A stretch of DNA of 64,000 nucleotides from Eledone cirrhosa. Taxonomy: Eukaryota. This document shows, piece by piece, positions 57,999 through 64,000 of this stretch; positions within the stretch are counted from its first letter, which is position 1, and each line of letters begins with the position of its first letter. The notes beneath the pieces were generated by a model that saw only the letters and a program-made list of their open reading frames with translations, ran no database searches and had not been told where the DNA came from. Position numbers and translations under genes: made by a program. The stretch covers positions 191,146,001-191,210,000 of the forward strand of contig OZ024743.1 of assembly GCA_964016885.1 (NCBI GenBank), written 5' to 3'.

Positions 57999-58045
57999 TG
58001 CTCCGAAGAATCCAAACCTCGGTTTGGAGGAAACAGTTGTAAGCA
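57999..58045 (+). ncRNA. Variant hammerhead (CCGAAGA), right arm
   Basis: tgct-CCGAAGA-a-tccaaac(ctcg)gtttgga-g-GAAA-cagttg-TA-agca. Confidence 0.8.
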
Positions 58046-58251
58046 TAAAAATGTTTTGAACAGTTCTTTGATTCTTATAATTCATATATCTGCTCTGTAA
58101 ATCATCTGATGTTTTTACATTGAGCTACTTAACTTACTGGTAATAAGGTAATAATATATTACTGCCTACCACGATTTAGGGTATGTATAAAAATATATAT
58201 AACTGCAAAAGGTTTTGGTATTTACATAACTATAAATAGTATAATTAATAC

Positions 58252-58390
<139 letters not shown>

Positions 58391-58456
58391 AGGTCTAACA
58401 AATAGAGAAAAAGTTTTAAAATAAATTTTAAAAAATTCGACGTACTTACTATATGT

Positions 58457-58538
58457 GCCTTTACCGCGGTTTCATGCTCCAGAATAAACGGAAAATCCAA
58501 GCGGATTTTCATTAAGAAAGAAGCAATCTTCGGAAGGC
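58457..58538 (-). ncRNA. Variant hammerhead (CCGAAGA) with extended stem II
   Basis: gcctt-CCGAAGA-t-tgcttc..(gaaaatcc/ggattttc)..ggagca-t-GAAA-ccgcgg-TA-aaggc. Confidence 0.82.
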
Positions 58539-58838
58539 TCTTCTCCTTCGGAGAATATAAAATTCCCGAGTTCAAATCACAAACTTACGCCATACAAAAC
58601 CATTCCCAAAATGAGAGCAAATGATGAATGAAAGAAATAATTTTGTCTGGTGCCGTGTACAAAGACAAAAGGCGGGTGGACAGGTCAATGTCCTGCACTA
58701 GAAATATCAGCAGCCAAACGGCCAAAATGTTATCTCTACCTTAAGGGGAGATCAATAATAATAAAGTATGAATTTCTTCGTGTAAAAAATACATATAGGA
58801 GGACAAGTATTATCCAACCGTATGCCAATGTGGTTCTA

Positions 58839-58930
58839 GCCGTAGGCTAAAACTATCCATAATAAGAAGTATTCACAACCTCTAACTGGATTACCTATAA
58901 CGATATTTTGTTATCCTTTATATATATATA

Positions 58931-58999
<69 letters not shown>

Positions 59000-59075
59000 G
59001 ATAACAAAATATCGTTATAGGTAATCCAGTTAGAGGTTGTGAAACTTATTATTATGGATAGTTTTAGCCTGCGGC
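58839..59075. repeat. ~80-bp inverted repeat centred on (TA)n
   Basis: gccgtaggctaaaac..tccttt (TA)n aaagga..gttttagcctgcggc. Confidence 0.9.
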
Positions 59076-59321
59076 GTTGTTTGACTCATCAAGAGGTTTA
59101 CGTAGATGACGAGTTTGTCATTTAACTTGCATTCCTATGTAATTCCATATTTTCAATCAACAGTTTCTGAAGATCTAATCGAGCTAACATCGTATTTAAC
59201 ATTGAGTGGCATTGCTTCTAGTATTCAGCAATTTTTAGACATCTTTATTAGTGAAACAATTGTTAGACTGTAAATAAATCCCCTTTTTTGTACTGTTGAC
59301 CATGTTATTCTCCACTTTTTC

Positions 59322-59378
<57 letters not shown>

Positions 59379-59728
59379 GGGGGGTACCTGTGTGTGTGTA
59401 CTTGTGTGTGTGTAGTGGACGGAGACACAAAGGAACAAATACGAAATAATGATAGAAAGCGCTAAAAGTAATGCTCAAAACTGAAATTTAGTCCATAAAC
59501 TATTTCATAAAATGTTAGAGTGGGGAAGCATTTATAATCCTTTCCTCTACTTTCCTATACATCCACATCTGCTCTTTTTTACCTTTGTTTCATTACGTAA
59601 TTTTGTTTTTATTTTTATTTTTCTTCATATCATCTAAACTATAATAAAGCAAATGCTGCGGAACTGTGTACGGTTTATTTCTTTTAATCCAGTTAGTAAA
59701 ATAAGTTGGATTACTTTGAATAAATAAT

Positions 59729-59914
59729 TGTTTCTACTTTAGGCACAAGGCCAACAATTACCCAGTGCATTACTGGTACTTTATTTTATTGACCCCGTAA
59801 GGATGAAAGGCAAAGTCAACCTCGGCGGGATTTGAACTCAGATCGTAAAGGGACGTAACTATGTTGGAAAGCATGGCGTCCGACCTTCTACCGATACTGC
59901 CAATCCACCGCCAC
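59729..59914 (-). mobile_element. Full-length tRNA-derived SINE
   Basis: A and B boxes. 17-bp TSD tactttgaataaataat at 59712-59728 and 59915-59931. Confidence 0.92.
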
Positions 59915-61039
59915 TACTTTGAATAAATAATGAATGAATATTACATAATTTATGTACCTAATTTCGTAAACACAATTTCGTAAAAATAAATAATTTAAAA
60001 TTGACTTCTTTTCAAAGTTGCACTTCCGGTATATCGTCACCACCACCACCACTTCAACTACTATATATATAGAAAGAGAGAGTGTGTGATGAGAGAGACA
60101 GAGAGATTATGATTTTCTACACGCTGATGCGTATGAGTGTGCACCTACATACATCTATATGTATGAGTATATAACTATTATGAGTATATAACTATAATCG
60201 CGCAAACACAAACTTATATAAATACACACTCACGGATATAATTCACCCAAATACACATACATTCACACATACTTTCACACAAACATACATACATTCACAT
60301 ATATCATAGGTTGAGTTATAAACTCAAAATAGCTATTTTTAGCGGCATGAGTATGAAACTCGCTAGGCGCTGCGACATGTGCGTTTACAATAACAGCATA
60401 TTTCTCTGTCTTCTTAGATCCTTTGAAGGTAAGAATTTTCCTGGATACCCGCAGATAAGCACAGGAGTTCTAGCTTTCACTTAATAATTCTAGCGAAACA
60501 GATTTTGTGTCTGTCCGGTTATCAAAGACTATTGCCCGATATAGGTTTGCTATTTTTATTGATTTATTACTTTAAATCGAGTCAGGCAAACCATATTGTT
60601 TTAAATTATTATTTTTTCAACCTAGCTAACTTGGTCATTTGCAATTGGAACACAAGTATACTTATATATGTGTTCACCCCTCTCATATACCCAATTATAT
60701 TACATTAACACATATACATTTACACAAACACACATATACAGACATGATAGCAGCGTTCGGTTTAATTGGAGATGGGAGGGTAAAACATGTGTAACGTTTT
60801 ATTTATTTATTAACACTTTTTTTTTAAACTCATTCAATATAATGGTTACAGAACGAAAACACTAACAAATATAATATATACAAAGTAAAGCGAATGGAAA
60901 AAAAAAGAAAGAGAAAAAAATACACAAGTAGGTAATACACACATCTTAGACCACAGAACAATATGCAGGCGAACGAGTGGAAACGAGCCGCTGCCAGAGC
61001 ATAAGATAGCAATATAGCGAGAAGGATTGGGAAACCTCT

Positions 61040-61470
61040 CTAATAATTTTTGAGGCAAGCCAGCACGCTCGCAGCGTTACCTGAGGTGATGGCGAGGCTG
61101 AGGTGCTGGAACAACCAAGTGCCCTCACGAGCATCACCAATTACCTCTGTTTGGCGAGCCGCCAGTGAAGATAAGAATCTCGCTGTCATTAGCCCGACTC
61201 CCGCAAACGTCTCAAATCCCACAGGCTGGATAATGTAGTTAGCTGACAGAACACGGTATTTTAGGACTTTGTTCCGTTCAGCTGCGGATACTGTAGCTCT
61301 CGCCCTTACCGCTGTATCCAGTATGTGGGAAGAAGCAAAAGAGTCACTAACTGTGACGTCCCAGGTAAGGCACCTGCCTCTTGACCAGGAGCACAAAGTA
61401 AGACCATCAAGTCTTTTCCCATAAAGCCAGACGGTTCCAAAATTGAAAGGATGTTTGCCCAGGCCAAAAC
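61040..61470 (-). mobile_element. CRE-clade non-LTR retrotransposon 3' fragment (RLE domain)
   Basis: RLDGLTLCSWSRGRCLTWDVTVSD..AERNKVLKY..PVGFETF..GDAREGTWLFQHLSLAITSGNA. Confidence 0.85.
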
Positions 61471-61674
61471 TCTTGATTGGTAATAGGACAGTGTGTGTAT
61501 ATGCGCACGCGTGAGTTTGTCGACCTTCTTAAATAAGAGACACGCGTGTGTGTGTCACTGTTTTTAAGTTAGACATATATATATGTTGTATCCCTTTCCT
61601 TCCTTTTACACGCACATACATTCACACAAACACACATACACATTGCGTGATGGACGCGTGGACAGAAGTCCCTC

Positions 61675-62310
61675 AAATTTATATATATGTGAATGGAGTT
61701 CTACTGAAGCAGTTAGAGAAGTTCAAGTATCTTTGAGCCGTGTTCATAAGTGATGGAATGTAGGAGGCTGAATTAAGTGCAAGAATTGCAAAAGTTGGTG
61801 CAGTAAATTGCCATTCAGCAATTAGATGAAAAGGGGGGGGGGGTTTAAAAGCCAAACTCGCTGCCTTGCTGGTATTCCTGCCAAATCTTACTGGGGATCA
61901 TGAATCTTGAGTAACGACCAAAAGAATACAATTGCAAATAAAAGCGGCAGAAATGGGATTCCTCCGAAGGGTCTTCGGAGTAACGTTACTCGATAAAGTG
62001 CATAGCTCAGAGACCAGAGAGTCACACCTCGTAGAGCAGCTACTTCACCGAATTGAGAGATCACAACTCCGATATTTTGAGCATGTGGTTAGAATGTCTC
62101 AGTAAAGAATAGCTGGACCCATTTTACAGGCAAAACCAACCGGCAAGAGACCAAGATGTAGACCCTGAGCAAATAGTATGATAAGATCCATGAGCTTGGC
62201 TGATTACGGTTTGGGATCCAGCTGGATCAATTGCGATGTTTACTACTGAAAGACTCACTGAAAGGAGTGTTTGAGAAGGACTCTGTCTCCACGTCTCTCT
62301 CAGAAATAAG
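61675..62310 (+). mobile_element. Degraded RTE 3' fragment
   Basis: LKQLEKFKYL..IKAAEMGFLRRVFGVTLLDKV..RIERSQLRYF; related to 4650-5270. Confidence 0.8.
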
Positions 62311-62329
62311 TGGGTGAAGAAGAAGATAT

Positions 62330-62445
62330 TGTCAATTTACTTTTCAATTTACATATATCTATATGCATATATATTTGTGTATAATACCAATATGCACACT
62401 ACATATGCTAGCAGAAAACCGCCCGAGGGCGGATTTTTTACTAGT
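62330..62445 (+). repeat. Repeat ending in a CTAG-bounded hairpin, Helitron-like end (second copy at 62860-62974)
   Basis: ctagcagaaaaccgcc/ggcggattttttactag and ctagcagaaaaccac/gtggtttttctgctag. Confidence 0.55.
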
Positions 62446-63537
62446 AACTATAATAAAGGGAGGAGTGCGGGACTGCGTCCTGAATATTTTTTTTCCCGTT
62501 AGTAAAATAAGTTAGATTACTTTGAATAATCAATGAATGAATATTACATAATTTATCTACTAAATTTTGAAGCTGTTGATTAAACATAAATATTCTTATA
62601 TATAATGATTGCTTATTTTAAGATTCACTTCTTTTAAAATTTTGAAATGTCTACACTTCCGGTTAGCGTTCGTTATATCATAACATTTATTACATCGCTT
62701 ATATAAACATCCATATATTTGCATCGTTATATAAGGTTTCATTACATTTCACCATAATGCAGTTTATATGTAATATCTTCTTTTTTAAATGTATCATGTA
62801 TTAATTTATTGATTACAGAAGAGAGTGTAATACAGTTTTTCTTCAATTTCTGAGCATATTGTCAATTACGATTTTATTTGAAATATATCTACATGCATGT
62901 ATATTTTCGTATAATATAAATATACACACTACACATGCTAGCAGAAAACCACCGGAAGTGGTTTTTCTGCTAGTTTATGTAATTATCAATGGTTTTTAAG
63001 CGCTCTTTGTGAGTTCAACCACATGTATTTTGTATGATCATTCTGTAGCATCCACCACTGACATCGATGAATTGAAGTAATAATGTTTATGTTAATAGAA
63101 AGCTGTTAATAAAAGACGAAACATTTCCCGGAAGAAAAAAGTGTATAAAAAAACGAAAGTTGTGAGTATTGATATAAAAGTTTGTATTTGTAAAGATATT
63201 TTGAATTAGGTAGGTAATGTGTTTGAGGATTTTGCTATGACATGGTAGTTGTGATAAGGTAAGAGATACAGTGTAGTGATAAGCGAATCATCAAATGCCT
63301 TATCTCTGAGATGTCGGGCCTTTACATTCACCATTATACAGAGTGCATCAGCGTTACAAGCGGCTTTCAAACGTAAATAGATATATTTTATCATATGCAT
63401 GGAAAACAATACATATTTTTTTTATATATATAAAGTGGGCGTTGCATTGAGTGGATTCTGCATACTAACAATATTACCAAATTTAGATAGGAAAGGAATA
63501 GGAATATATTAAATGCTGTTATATCAAATGTTGTTAG

Positions 63538-63750
63538 AGAGGTGAATTGGCAGAATCGTTAGTGTCCCGGACAAAATGATTTGTAGTATTTTGTTACCAC
63601 CCTTCGCGTTCTGAGTTTAAATACCCCCCCCCCCCGATCAACTTTGCCTTTTATCATTCTTACTTGATGAAATAAAGTACCAATACTTGATTGGTGGTCG
63701 ATTTATTGATTCGCCTAACTGCTAAATTTACTGGTCTTGTATCTAAATTA
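63538..63750 (+). mobile_element. Older SINE copy, followed by a partial copy at ~63760-63875
   Basis: ggtgaattggcagaatcgtt..ctgagtttaaat..actttgcctttt..aataaagtacc. Confidence 0.7.
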
Positions 63751-64000
63751 AAAACCAAAGGTGGTGTATTAGCAGAATATTTAGACGATCCGGTAAAAGT
63801 TTAACACTATTTGTTTGGGTTCTATAATCTATGAGTTCAAATACCGCTCATGTTAAGTTTGTCTATTACCCTTCTTGTTTCTAAATCTCAAGCCATTACA
63901 TTAAACATTTTTATTATATTAGAAAAATGGTACTTTGAAATTAATTATTTCTAATAATTTATTTGTATGAAATACATTGTCTACGTCAAAAAGAAGACGA

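Larger units (their letters stand above)
57168..58088. repeat. Foldback palindrome with ~455-bp arms and a 9-nt spacer (57623-57631)
   Basis: ataagcatta-cactatttt-taatgcttat at the centre; mirror ORFs at 57328-57516 (+) and 57738-57986 (-). Confidence 0.95.

Noticed and set aside
60418-60428. 11-nt microexon (ttcttag|atcctttgaag|gtaaga)
   Set aside because: Good splice motifs, but no gene context and frame-shifting length; cannot be supported without transcripts.

Overview
AT-rich, microsatellite-dense animal genomic DNA; the repeat content suggests a cephalopod such as Octopus (inference). No host gene could be supported. The window is almost entirely stacked transposons: three R4/Dong-clade RLE retrotransposons (one nearly intact), RTE LINEs and bipartite RTE derivatives, Tx1 and CRE fragments, tRNA-derived SINEs with 15-17 bp TSDs, a non-coding LTR element, a Helitron, MITE-like hairpins and three Penelope-like elements (two Naiad-type, one Neptune/Nematis-type). 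The most striking signal is at the RNA level. At least seven unrelated families of type I hammerhead ribozymes (HHR) are present. Most lie at the outer ends of long inverted repeats or near-perfect 0.9-2.5 kb non-coding foldback palindromes inserted in (TA)n. Three of these families carry a CCGANGA core instead of CUGANGA. Two candidate HDV-like ribozyme folds sit at RTE 5' ends. All folds and alignments were made by eye, and element boundaries are approximate.
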